From positions 1,295 through 65,294 of the forward strand of contig CAMCSM010000003.1 in the NCBI GenBank assembly GCA_945877805.1: 64,000 bases of DNA, read 5' to 3'. The first letter of the stretch is position 1; each line of letters starts with the position of its first letter. Of this stretch, positions 45,706-53,347 are shown one piece after another. The position numbers were made by a program, and so were the translations under genes. Below the pieces are notes generated by a model, which saw nothing but the letters and a program-made list of their open reading frames with translations, did no database searches and had not been told where the DNA came from. Source of the DNA: Methylacidiphilum caldifontis (lineage in GTDB: Bacteria; Verrucomicrobiota; Verrucomicrobiia; Methylacidiphilales; CAMAQI01).

Positions 45706-45897
45706 TCTCTTAGGAATGCTGGAAGGCAGGAATTTAAAAACATTTTAAATAGGGAAATCAGGAAAAAAGGAATTAAAACAAAAAATTCGGCGGTCTTTTT
45801 CCTATTTTCCTGCTTTCCCCATTAAAACTGTATTTTTCATAACGACCTTATTACAAGATATTCATATATCTTTCGGAAGTTTGCTTCACTAAGAGAG
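45706..45897. repeat. Repeat family A, copy A3, lying between the precursor and MNIO genes
   Basis: tctcttaggaatgctggaaggcaggaattt...ttttcctgctttccccattaaaactgtatttttcat...cttcactaagagag. Confidence 0.85.
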
Positions 45898-45968
45898 CAC
45901 TGAGTTTTTCTTAAGGGAACTTTCCGATTATAAGTCGGAAAGCTCCCTTTTGATCTTAAACTAAATAA

Positions 45969-46244
45969 TTATTTCTTTTCCTTCTTTGCGGGACATCCAT
46001 CTTTACCGCTACAAGAGGCCTTTTCTTTGCTCTCTTTATCTTTTTTACCCTTGCAGCCATCTTTACCACTGCATTTATCTTTTTCCTTCTTTGCAGGGCA
46101 GCCATCCTTACCAGAACAAGTGGCCTTTTCTTCAGCTAAAACAGCGCTCGCAAGAACACCTGCGTTTGCGGCTTGGAGTGAGGTTCCTGTCAAAATTCCA
46201 GCAACTGCGGCTGCTGCGATCATCGTGCGTGTAACTTTAGTCAT
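45969..46244 (-). CDS. Secreted Cys-repeat peptide, candidate RiPP precursor (bufferin/HvfA-like position)
   Basis: Sec signal MTKVTRTMIAAAAVAGILTGTSLQAANA. Core has 3x CSGKDGC separated by Lys-rich linkers. aagga RBS 8 nt upstream of the ATG. Confidence 0.7.
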   Translation of the reverse strand: MTKVTRTMIAAAAVAGILTGTSLQAANAGVLASAVLAEEKATCSGKDGCPAKKEKDKCSGKDGCKGKKDKESKEKASCSGKDGCPAKKEKK

Positions 46245-46326
46245 TGTTTTATCCTTTTTTTTTATTTTTTTGTTTTGAAGCGATCGGAAATTCCGAACAG
46301 CTATTATTAAGAGTCCCAGAAAAAAA

Positions 46327-46342
46327 GTTTATTCCCAGAAAT
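46327..46342 (-). promoter_or_regulatory. Candidate ECF-type promoter element upstream of the precursor gene
   Basis: Minus strand reads ATTTCTGGGAATAAAC, then 13 nt, then CTCTTA. The same GGGAATAAAC 10-mer recurs upstream of the sigma gene. Confidence 0.4.
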
Positions 46343-47094
46343 TAAAATAATTTTTTAAGCTCATCGAGCGTCACTCCTCCCGTCAAGATATACCCGTGAC
46401 TTTCATCAGTCCAACTGGCCACCGCATTCCCTTGTCTCTCGTGAAAATCAGGAACTCCAAAGGAGGGAAGATTTTGCAGATCGGCTTTATCGATGACAAA
46501 AAGATGAACCTCTTTTTTAACTCCTTCGATCTGAAAACAGATCATCGAGGAGCGAATTCCAAAAAATTCGACCTGACGACAGCCAAATTGAGAGAGTCCC
46601 TCCACATGAAAGGGGATCTGGAATGAATGGGGAGTCCCACGGCTCTTGAGCCACTCCCGCGCTTCACTTAATTGGGGGGTTTTCTTCGAAAGCATGAAAA
46701 CGCTCTGAGTGAAATCAACGGCTCTCCCCTCGAATTGAGCAAAGTCATTCGATTTCGAGTTCTCCCAGAAGGAGAAGGTCGTCAAACTCAAAATCAGCAG
46801 CGCAGCGGCCGCTAACGGAATCCATAAATAGCGAGGGAATGAAATGATCTTCGCCGATTTCTGCTGCTGCTCTTGATTTTGAGCTAAAATCTTCCGTTTA
46901 AGATCCTCAGGAATCGAAATTGAATGGATCGATTTTTTAATTTTTGAATCCCACTGATATTGCTGCTCCCAAACCCTTTTCAAGGAGGGATCACGCTCCA
47001 TCTCCGCAAAGGCGGCCTCAATCTGTGGATCCCCCTCCCCCTCTTGAGGCGAGCGAACAGACAAGAGGATCTCTAAGATTTGCTCTCTTTTCAT
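46342..47094 (-). CDS. Single-pass anti-sigma factor
   Basis: ATGA overlap with the ECF sigma gene. Cytoplasmic N-terminus, TM helix LWIPLAAAALLILSLTTFSFW, periplasmic C-terminal domain. Confidence 0.6.
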   Translation of the reverse strand: MKREQILEILLSVRSPQEGEGDPQIEAAFAEMERDPSLKRVWEQQYQWDSKIKKSIHSISIPEDLKRKILAQNQEQQQKSAKIISFPRYLWIPLAAAALLILSLTTFSFWENSKSNDFAQFEGRAVDFTQSVFMLSKKTPQLSEAREWLKSRGTPHSFQIPFHVEGLSQFGCRQVEFFGIRSSMICFQIEGVKKEVHLFVIDKADLQNLPSFGVPDFHERQGNAVASWTDESHGYILTGGVTLDELKKLF

Positions 47095-47606
47095 GCTCTT
47101 ACCTCCGCAAAATATTTTTCTAATCGTTTCCTCATGATTCCCTTCCCTCGTGCGAGACGGGACATCACGGTTCCGATCGGAATCTCTAAAATATCGGCGA
47201 TTTCTTTATAAGATAGATCCTCCAAATAAAAGAGGGTCAACGGCTCACGATAAACAAGATCGAGCCCCTTTAAAACCTCGACCACCTTCTCTCCATCCAT
47301 CTCTAAAGGGACCGGTGGGGCCTCATCGGCTAACTCAATCGTCATCTCCTCGAAACTTTCGCTGGGATGATTTTTCTCCCGTCGTCTCGACCGGAGAAAC
47401 TCCCGATAGAGAGTCGTAAAGAGCCAAGTCTTGACCTTGGAGGGATCGCGCAATTGATCCCCTTTGCTCGCCCAGATAAAAAAGGTTTGCTGAGTCAAAT
47501 CGGAGGCATCCGCCTCGCTGCCGGAGAGGCTGATACCAAAACGAAAAAGGGATGAATAATAGGTCTCGACCACGACTTCAAACTCCATTGGGTGATTGTT
47601 ATTCAT
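47091..47606 (-). CDS. ECF (group IV) sigma-70 factor
   Basis: Region 2 DASDLTQQTFFIWA...WLFTTLYREFL. Region 4 LSYKEIADILEIPIGTVMSRLARGK. Confidence 0.85.
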   Translation of the reverse strand: MNNNHPMEFEVVVETYYSSLFRFGISLSGSEADASDLTQQTFFIWASKGDQLRDPSKVKTWLFTTLYREFLRSRRREKNHPSESFEEMTIELADEAPPVPLEMDGEKVVEVLKGLDLVYREPLTLFYLEDLSYKEIADILEIPIGTVMSRLARGKGIMRKRLEKYFAEVRA

Positions 47607-47625
47607 GTGAGACAGAAGGACTTTG

Positions 47626-47640
47626 GTTTATTCCCGAAAT
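47626..47640 (-). promoter_or_regulatory. Candidate autoregulatory ECF promoter element
   Basis: Minus strand reads ATTTCGGGAATAAAC, then 14 nt, then CTCAC, directly before the annotated ATG at 47606. Confidence 0.35.
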
Positions 47641-47852
47641 AAATCCAGCCCAAAAATCATAAACAAAGCCAACTCCTTCTTCTCTTTCAAACCACCATGA
47701 GAAAAGGACATCTCTAGTGGTGCGCTTCTAAAGACAGAGATAATCCAATTCCTTTCTTTCGGAAGGATTCGTAATAAATTTTTAAGACATTCTCCAGGGG
47801 GTGTCTCCCAATTAAGAGAGGGCTTCCAACTGTCAAGAAACTCGTTTTGCAT
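47628..47852 (-). CDS. Hypothetical small protein (74 aa)
   Basis: ORF only. 20-nt overlap with the upstream small ORF. No family recognised. Confidence 0.25.
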   Translation of the reverse strand: MQNEFLDSWKPSLNWETPPGECLKNLLRILPKERNWIISVFRSAPLEMSFSHGGLKEKKELALFMIFGLDLFRE

Positions 47853-48078
47853 GTTGTCGATATTTCAAGTAATCAACCCCTTGAGAGATGAGTCTACTTT
47901 CAATTTCAGAATCAATAACCAACTTGGAAATCAACTCTTTGTCTCTTTTCGAAAATGCTGCGTCAGGACGCAAAAGCAACCTTGCGGCAATCCTATTTTT
48001 TCTCCAAATTGAACATTGCTTCTTCACTTCTACAAATATAATTAGTTTCAAAAAAAAAGTCAAAACCCTAAGCAGCAA
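47833..48078 (-). CDS. Hypothetical small protein (up to 81 aa)
   Basis: ORF only. The N-terminus may be spurious. Confidence 0.2.
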   Translation of the reverse strand: MLLRVLTFFLKLIIFVEVKKQCSIWRKNRIAARLLLRPDAAFSKRDKELISKLVIDSEIESRLISQGVDYLKYRQHAKRVS

Positions 48079-48151
48079 TTCCGAAAACTAAAGTTTTCGA
48101 AATTACTGAAAAGAGGTTGAATCAGTAGGTTGATAAGGGTATTATGGGTTT

Positions 48152-48388
48152 ATGCCTGAAATTTTTCGAAAAGAAGGGTTTGTCGTTAGTTTTTATTCTG
48201 GGGATGGGCACGAGCCGATCCATGTTCATGTTCGTAAAGCGGGGGGAGAGGCAAAGATTTGGGTCGAGCCTATCCAAGTTGAATATGGCAAACGAATGGA
48301 ATGGCAGGACTTAAAAAGAGCAGAAGAGCTGGTCGCAGAAAATATCGATCTTATCAAAATGAGGTGGCATGAATACTTTGGAAGTTGA
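48152..48388 (+). CDS. DUF4160 family protein
   Basis: FYSGDGHEPIHVHVRKAGGEAKIWVEP signature. Confidence 0.8.
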   Translation: MPEIFRKEGFVVSFYSGDGHEPIHVHVRKAGGEAKIWVEPIQVEYGKRMEWQDLKRAEELVAENIDLIKMRWHEYFGS

Positions 48389-48635
48389 TTTGGATTTATT
48401 AGAGCCTATAAAGGTTCGTTACGACAATGGATCGATTATCATCACCTTAAGTGATGGACGCGAAGTCACCTTTCCGTGTGCGGTGAACGAATATCTCTCC
48501 GTAGCCACCGAAGCAGAAATTTCAAAAATGGAAATTTCTCCCTGCGGTATTCATTGGCCTCTTCTCAACGAAGATTTATCGATCAAAGGTATTTTAGAGG
48601 GACGCTTTGGACGTACTCCACGATCGCCTAAATAA
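48369..48635 (+). CDS. DUF2442 family protein
   Basis: IIITLSDGREVTFP...ISPCGIHWPLLNEDLSIKGILEG. 20-nt overlap with the DUF4160 gene. Confidence 0.8.
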   Translation: MNTLEVDLDLLEPIKVRYDNGSIIITLSDGREVTFPCAVNEYLSVATEAEISKMEISPCGIHWPLLNEDLSIKGILEGRFGRTPRSPK

Positions 48636-48750
48636 TAAATCCGTTTAATTCATTTTTCCGGTATTACCCTGATACAAGGCGACCCAGAATACCTCCAAAC
48701 GGAGGATTTCTATGGAGTTTCTTCGACGCCGATTAAACCGATTATTTTTC

Positions 48751-48779
48751 CTTAAGTTGACGCTAATGCGCACGTGCGT
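48751..48779 (-). repeat. Repeat family C core, degenerate copy C4
   Basis: cttaagttgacgctaatgcgcacgtgcg versus ttaagttgacgcctatgcgcatatgcg at 63611. Confidence 0.6.
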
Positions 48780-48903
48780 GATCGCTCCCGATAGAGAGAT
48801 GACCTGCCAATGCAAGATCTGGAGTTAAACAACTTCAGTTTTTAAACTTTTTCCTAAAACCTAGAGTTGTCATTCCTCAGGACTCTCGCTAATTCTCTCC
48901 TTT

Positions 48904-49926
48904 ATGATTCAAGAAAAACTAGAGAGTTTGAAGAGTGAGATTTTATCTGCCTTAGAGGCCGTCGGCAATGCCGAGGAGCTGGAAAAGGCTCGCCTCCTCT
49001 ATTTTTCCCGTCAAGGGGCCGTGACGATGATGATGGAGTCGATGAAAACGGCGACTCCAGAGGAGCGTCCTGTTCTCGGAAAACTTTTAAATGGTTGGAA
49101 AAACACCCTCCAAGAGTCCTTTGAGGCTAAAAAAAGTGCTCTGGAAGCGCTCGATTTTGGACCCGCTATCGATCTCACCTTACCGGGTCGTCCCTCCCCC
49201 ATCGGTTCGCTTCATCCGATTTATCAAGTACGCGATCATGCTCTCGATATTTTTAAACGACTAGGGTTTGCTTTGGCAGAGGGTCCCGATGTTGAGTTTG
49301 AGTTTTTTAATTTTGATGCCCTCAACACCCCGGCGGATCACCCGGCCCGAAATGAACAGGACACTTTTTATATCAAGGGGGATCACCCTCATGCGGATTG
49401 GGGACGTCGGCTCCTCCGTACTCAAACCTCACCGGTTCAGGTTCGTGTCATGCAAAATCAAAAGCCGCCGATTCGAATCATTGCCCCCGGTCGCTGTTAT
49501 CGTCGCGATGAGATTGATGCCACTCACGGACTCTCTTTCCATCAAGTGGAGGCTCTTGTCGTTGATGAAGGAATCACTCTAGCGGATATGAAAGGGACGA
49601 TGGAGACCTTTTTCCGAGAATTACTCGGGAAAGATCTTATTTTCCGCTTTCGTCCCCATTTCTTTCCTTTTACAGAGCCGAGTTTCGAGGTCGATTGTCG
49701 TCGTCCAGGGACGACAATCAAAGGAAAAGAATGGCTTGAGATTTGTGGTTGCGGAATGGTTCATCCCCAGGTCTTGAAACGAAGTGGAATCGATCCTGAG
49801 GTTTATAGCGGATTTGCTTTAGGATTTGGAGTCGAGCGAATCGCGATGATGCGCTACGGGGTGAATGACTTGCGACTTTTTGGCGAAAACGATCAACGTA
49901 TGTTACGTCAACTCAGTCTCGTTTGA
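48904..49926 (+). CDS. pheS: Phenylalanine--tRNA ligase alpha subunit
   Basis: HPARNEQDTFY, LLRTQTSPVQ, FRFRPHFFPFTEPS, GCGMVHP, AFGFGVERIAMM. Confidence 0.95.
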   Translation: MIQEKLESLKSEILSALEAVGNAEELEKARLLYFSRQGAVTMMMESMKTATPEERPVLGKLLNGWKNTLQESFEAKKSALEALDFGPAIDLTLPGRPSPIGSLHPIYQVRDHALDIFKRLGFALAEGPDVEFEFFNFDALNTPADHPARNEQDTFYIKGDHPHADWGRRLLRTQTSPVQVRVMQNQKPPIRIIAPGRCYRRDEIDATHGLSFHQVEALVVDEGITLADMKGTMETFFRELLGKDLIFRFRPHFFPFTEPSFEVDCRRPGTTIKGKEWLEICGCGMVHPQVLKRSGIDPEVYSGFALGFGVERIAMMRYGVNDLRLFGENDQRMLRQLSLV

Positions 49927-50085
49927 TTTTCTCCAAAGCTCCCGAGAGAGGTAGAGAACAATTAAAAGATTGAGCAGGAAGATCCCGAATACCGTCCACG
50001 TAAATCCCTTAAGCAATCCGAGAACTTCAAAGGGAAGATAATTTAACCTATTTCTTGCATGAAGAATAAATCGGGTTCGTGATAC

Positions 50086-50149
50086 GCTGCATCGGCGTCA
50101 ACTTAAGAATAACAAGCAAAATACAATTTTACGCAGAGGAAACGGAGGA
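50086..50149 (+). repeat. Repeat family C, copy C2
   Basis: gcatcggcgtcaacttaagaataacaagcaaaatacaattttacgcagaggaaacggagga parallels 5530-5600. Confidence 0.7.
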
Positions 50150-50221
50150 TCACGTCACAAGACGAAACCGCCGCACTTCAAGAAAATCGATCGATGTCGC
50201 AGGCTGTAGAATGAGTGATGA

Positions 50222-51664
50222 TTAACTCCAATGCAGCCCCTCTTCATAAAACCATTCCAATTTCAGCGGCTTTCCAGGCTCTATTCGAGAAAAACCGTCA
50301 CCGAATCCATCTAAATCCGGATATCGCTCGAGAAAGGAGTGAATCGACTGAACCCCTTCTACCGAGGCAGAAGAGAGCTCTGAAATGATAATTAACTGAA
50401 ACAGATCGATCGCACATCGCTCAACGGTTCCCTCTCTGAACTGCGGAGCCAACTTTTTCAGCGCCACTCTCAGAGGAGCGACCTCCTTAGTTCCCGATCT
50501 CCAATCTTGAAGCAATCGAATCAATGTAAGACTCCATTTATTCGCTTTCTGAAATCGATCCGGAAAATGAACCGCTGCATAAAGCCACGAGGCGGTATGA
50601 CGAGGGTGAGAGAAAAGAGCCCAATCGATCTCCCCCTCATTTCCAAGCTGGTAGTCGGCAAGCCCCCTCCAAACAGCCGCTCTCTCTCCATGAATTTCCG
50701 GATAAAAAGTATTGTAAAACTGAGGCGGTTTTTCGGAGGAAACCTCAAGACTCTTCGACTCTACGAACACCGCGTCCCAACGCCGTTCCCTGACCGCTTG
50801 TTGGAGTAAGAAAAACTGAGCTGCTATTTGATCGGGATAAAACCTCAAGAGTTCCTGAGCCAGTGCCTCCCCTTGTTTATTTTCGCCGTTCCTTGAGAAA
50901 AACAACAAAACATTCGTACTATTATCCTGCCAGTAATGAGCGTAAGGCCCCCGATATCGTTCCTCCTCAGAATAAAGAGATTTTTTATTCCAATAACTCC
51001 AGAAATCCTCTCGTTGATCTCCAATCAATAATACCGAAAGCAACTCACACCAGCGCTGAAAGGGCGGTTTCTCCCCTTGACAGAGCGGCTCTAAATGAGA
51101 GCGCATATGCTCCGCTTTCCGCTTACGAGATTCAGGGGTCCATTGATATCCTTCATGACGCAAAATCCCCTTTAAGGCCCCAATCTCCGGCCGAAAAGAG
51201 AGCTGAGGATGGATCGGACCTTCGAAGGTAAGATCAACCCGTCGCCGTGCAAATCTCAACATCGGCGTTAAACTGGTGGATCCCCCTTGATAAATATTCC
51301 GCATCACCACCGAAAGGGTTTGAATTCGTCGGTTTGCATTTAAAAGCGGAAGTTCTCTCAATATCGACTCCACCAACTCGTCGTCCGCAATTTCATCGGC
51401 ATCGACCCAAAACAGCCATTCTCCGGTCGCATTTTTGAGAGAGATATTCCGAGCCGCCGCCTCATCTCCGTTCCATGGAAAATGAAAGATCTTCGCTCCA
51501 AAGGAGTCGGCAATCGCCACCGTCCCATCGGTAGAACCGGTATCAGTCACCACCAACTCACAGCCCGCTCTGCGCAAAGGCTCCAACGCTCTCGCTAACC
51601 GCTTCTCCTCATTTTTCACGATCAGAATCGCGCTTAGAAGCGGAGAAGATTGATCCATATTCAT
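50222..51664 (-). CDS. Family 2 glycosyltransferase with a long helical C-terminal extension
   Basis: LSAILIVKNEEKRL...VVTDTGSTDGT...WLFWVDADE. Confidence 0.8.
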   Translation of the reverse strand: MNMDQSSPLLSAILIVKNEEKRLARALEPLRRAGCELVVTDTGSTDGTVAIADSFGAKIFHFPWNGDEAAARNISLKNATGEWLFWVDADEIADDELVESILRELPLLNANRRIQTLSVVMRNIYQGGSTSLTPMLRFARRRVDLTFEGPIHPQLSFRPEIGALKGILRHEGYQWTPESRKRKAEHMRSHLEPLCQGEKPPFQRWCELLSVLLIGDQREDFWSYWNKKSLYSEEERYRGPYAHYWQDNSTNVLLFFSRNGENKQGEALAQELLRFYPDQIAAQFFLLQQAVRERRWDAVFVESKSLEVSSEKPPQFYNTFYPEIHGERAAVWRGLADYQLGNEGEIDWALFSHPRHTASWLYAAVHFPDRFQKANKWSLTLIRLLQDWRSGTKEVAPLRVALKKLAPQFREGTVERCAIDLFQLIIISELSSASVEGVQSIHSFLERYPDLDGFGDGFSRIEPGKPLKLEWFYEEGLHWS

Positions 51665-51783
51665 TTCAAAAACCGATCAAAAACAAAAAAGTTCCTAAAA
51701 TAATAAATCGGAATCCAATGCAATCTGAAATCGAAAATAAAGGAATAGTCATAAAAATAAATTAAATTCGCTCTTTCACCGAT

Positions 51784-52689
51784 TTATGGATTGACCCGTT
51801 GCATCAGTGCGAGCGCCGTCTGCTCGGCGATCTCCGCCCCCGTCACCCGCTTCATCTGCCGACGTTTCTGATCTCCATTGCGACGATTGAAGCCAAACAA
51901 GCTATCGGAATTCACTTGGGCTAATTTCACCCCATCCTTCAGCCTCATTAAGGTCACGGTAAATTGAGGGCGATCCTCGATTCGATCCGCTCCAGAGGCC
52001 ATTAAAATTTTAACGGGGCGGATCTCGGTCATGATCTCCATCACCCAATCGGCCGATTTCTTGAGAGAGTCGATCTCCTCTTTTTCACGACTCTCACTCA
52101 AGGCAGTTAAAAAAGAGCCGTCCGCTGGGGAAAAAATCTTATTGGAAATTTGAGCGACCCGTTGATCGACAAGTAAAACTCCGGCCTCCATCAACGGCTC
52201 CTGAAAAGATTCCTCAATCTCTCTCGCCTCACGATCATTCACCGCACGCACTCCCTTCAGTCCCTCCTCGACAATCCGCTCTGATTTCTGAACCGACTCA
52301 AGGCGCTCCCCCCCTTTTCCACTGACTCCCTTTGCCCCCTCCTCAATTTTATTTCCGGAACCAATTTGAACAGAGCCTCCACTTCCAATCGAAACAGGAT
52401 CCCCTTTGGTTTTGATCGAATTTGAGCTTTCTGAAGTTAAAACGATCTCCCCTCGATCGCGAACGAGTCGACGGTTAATATAAACCAATACCTTCGGTTT
52501 CCCTAAAGATTGATAGACCTGACGAAAGGTTTGAATCACCGCCCCTGGATTCGAAATAGGGAGAGCCCCCTCTCCCGAAGAGTGATCCCACGGTTTGAGG
52601 GGTTGCTTAAATTCGACCCCTTGATCGGCAGGGATGATCTGGAACAGGAAAGCCAGCGTCAGCAACGTTTTTAAAAAGATTATCTTCAT
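51784..52689 (-). CDS. Secreted hypothetical protein
   Basis: Signal peptide MKIIFLKTLLTLAFLFQIIPA. 8-nt gap to the upstream lipoprotein gene. Confidence 0.4.
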   Translation of the reverse strand: MKIIFLKTLLTLAFLFQIIPADQGVEFKQPLKPWDHSSGEGALPISNPGAVIQTFRQVYQSLGKPKVLVYINRRLVRDRGEIVLTSESSNSIKTKGDPVSIGSGGSVQIGSGNKIEEGAKGVSGKGGERLESVQKSERIVEEGLKGVRAVNDREAREIEESFQEPLMEAGVLLVDQRVAQISNKIFSPADGSFLTALSESREKEEIDSLKKSADWVMEIMTEIRPVKILMASGADRIEDRPQFTVTLMRLKDGVKLAQVNSDSLFGFNRRNGDQKRRQMKRVTGAEIAEQTALALMQRVNP

Positions 52690-52697
52690 TTCTTTAA

Positions 52698-53129
52698 TTA
52701 GTTTTGGGGACGATTCATTAACCGCACCCGAATAATAAACTGAGTCGCCTCAGGAGTCATCGCGTTTTGAGAAAAAGATTTCGTTTCATTGGCACTCAAC
52801 ACCATCGACTGCCAAGCCACCTCATTACCCAGATCGTTATAAAGAATCATTCCCTTCGCATCTTTAAAAAGAGTCTGAACTTGAATGGGAACCGTTTTCG
52901 AGGAACGATTTCGAAGAGAGGCCTGAACGGTTAAATAATTTTGGGCATTTCTTTTTGCAATCGGAGGAAGATCGACGGCAATCATCTCCTCAAGATCTTC
53001 ATCAAAAAGAACCACTTTTTTCCCTGCGGCCTCAGGAGATTTTGGATCGGCCTCTGGCAAATAAGGGCCTGAGGAGCAACCGATCCACAAAAAGGGAAGA
53101 ACCAATCCAATCCATAACATTTTTTTCAT
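52698..53129 (-). CDS. Lipoprotein, YcfL/DUF1425-like
   Basis: Lipobox LWIGCSS. LTVQASLRNRSSKTVPIQVQTLFKDAKG pattern. Confidence 0.5.
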   Translation of the reverse strand: MKKMLWIGLVLPFLWIGCSSGPYLPEADPKSPEAAGKKVVLFDEDLEEMIAVDLPPIAKRNAQNYLTVQASLRNRSSKTVPIQVQTLFKDAKGMILYNDLGNEVAWQSMVLSANETKSFSQNAMTPEATQFIIRVRLMNRPQN

Positions 53130-53347
53130 GTAAGAATCAATTTGGCATAAAAATTAGATCTGTCATCGTAAAACTAAAAGTTTTCGTTTACCTATGAAAA
53201 TAGGGCTAAATGGAGCCGTGAAGAGGGACCCCCTAAAAAAAGCCCTTTACGTCTGCAATTCGTATGCTATCAAACACAACCCTATTTCCGGTATGAAACC
53301 TGTGCCGCGATGGCAGCGGAAGCGAAGTAGTGAAGAAGGAGTATCTT

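Noticed and set aside
45986-46278. Plus-strand ORFs 45986..46234 and 46027..46278, antisense to the Cys-repeat peptide gene.
   Set aside because: They are a product of the low-complexity repeat. They have no signal peptide, no RBS, and run opposite to the operon. The minus-strand frame has an RBS, a signal peptide and a conserved heptad repeat.
49927-50040. A hydrophobic mini-ORF (…GLLKGFTWTVFGIFLLNLLIVLYLSRELWRK…) on the minus strand downstream of pheS.
   Set aside because: It has no start codon in frame, and its 3' end runs antisense into pheS. It is too short to evaluate without expression data.
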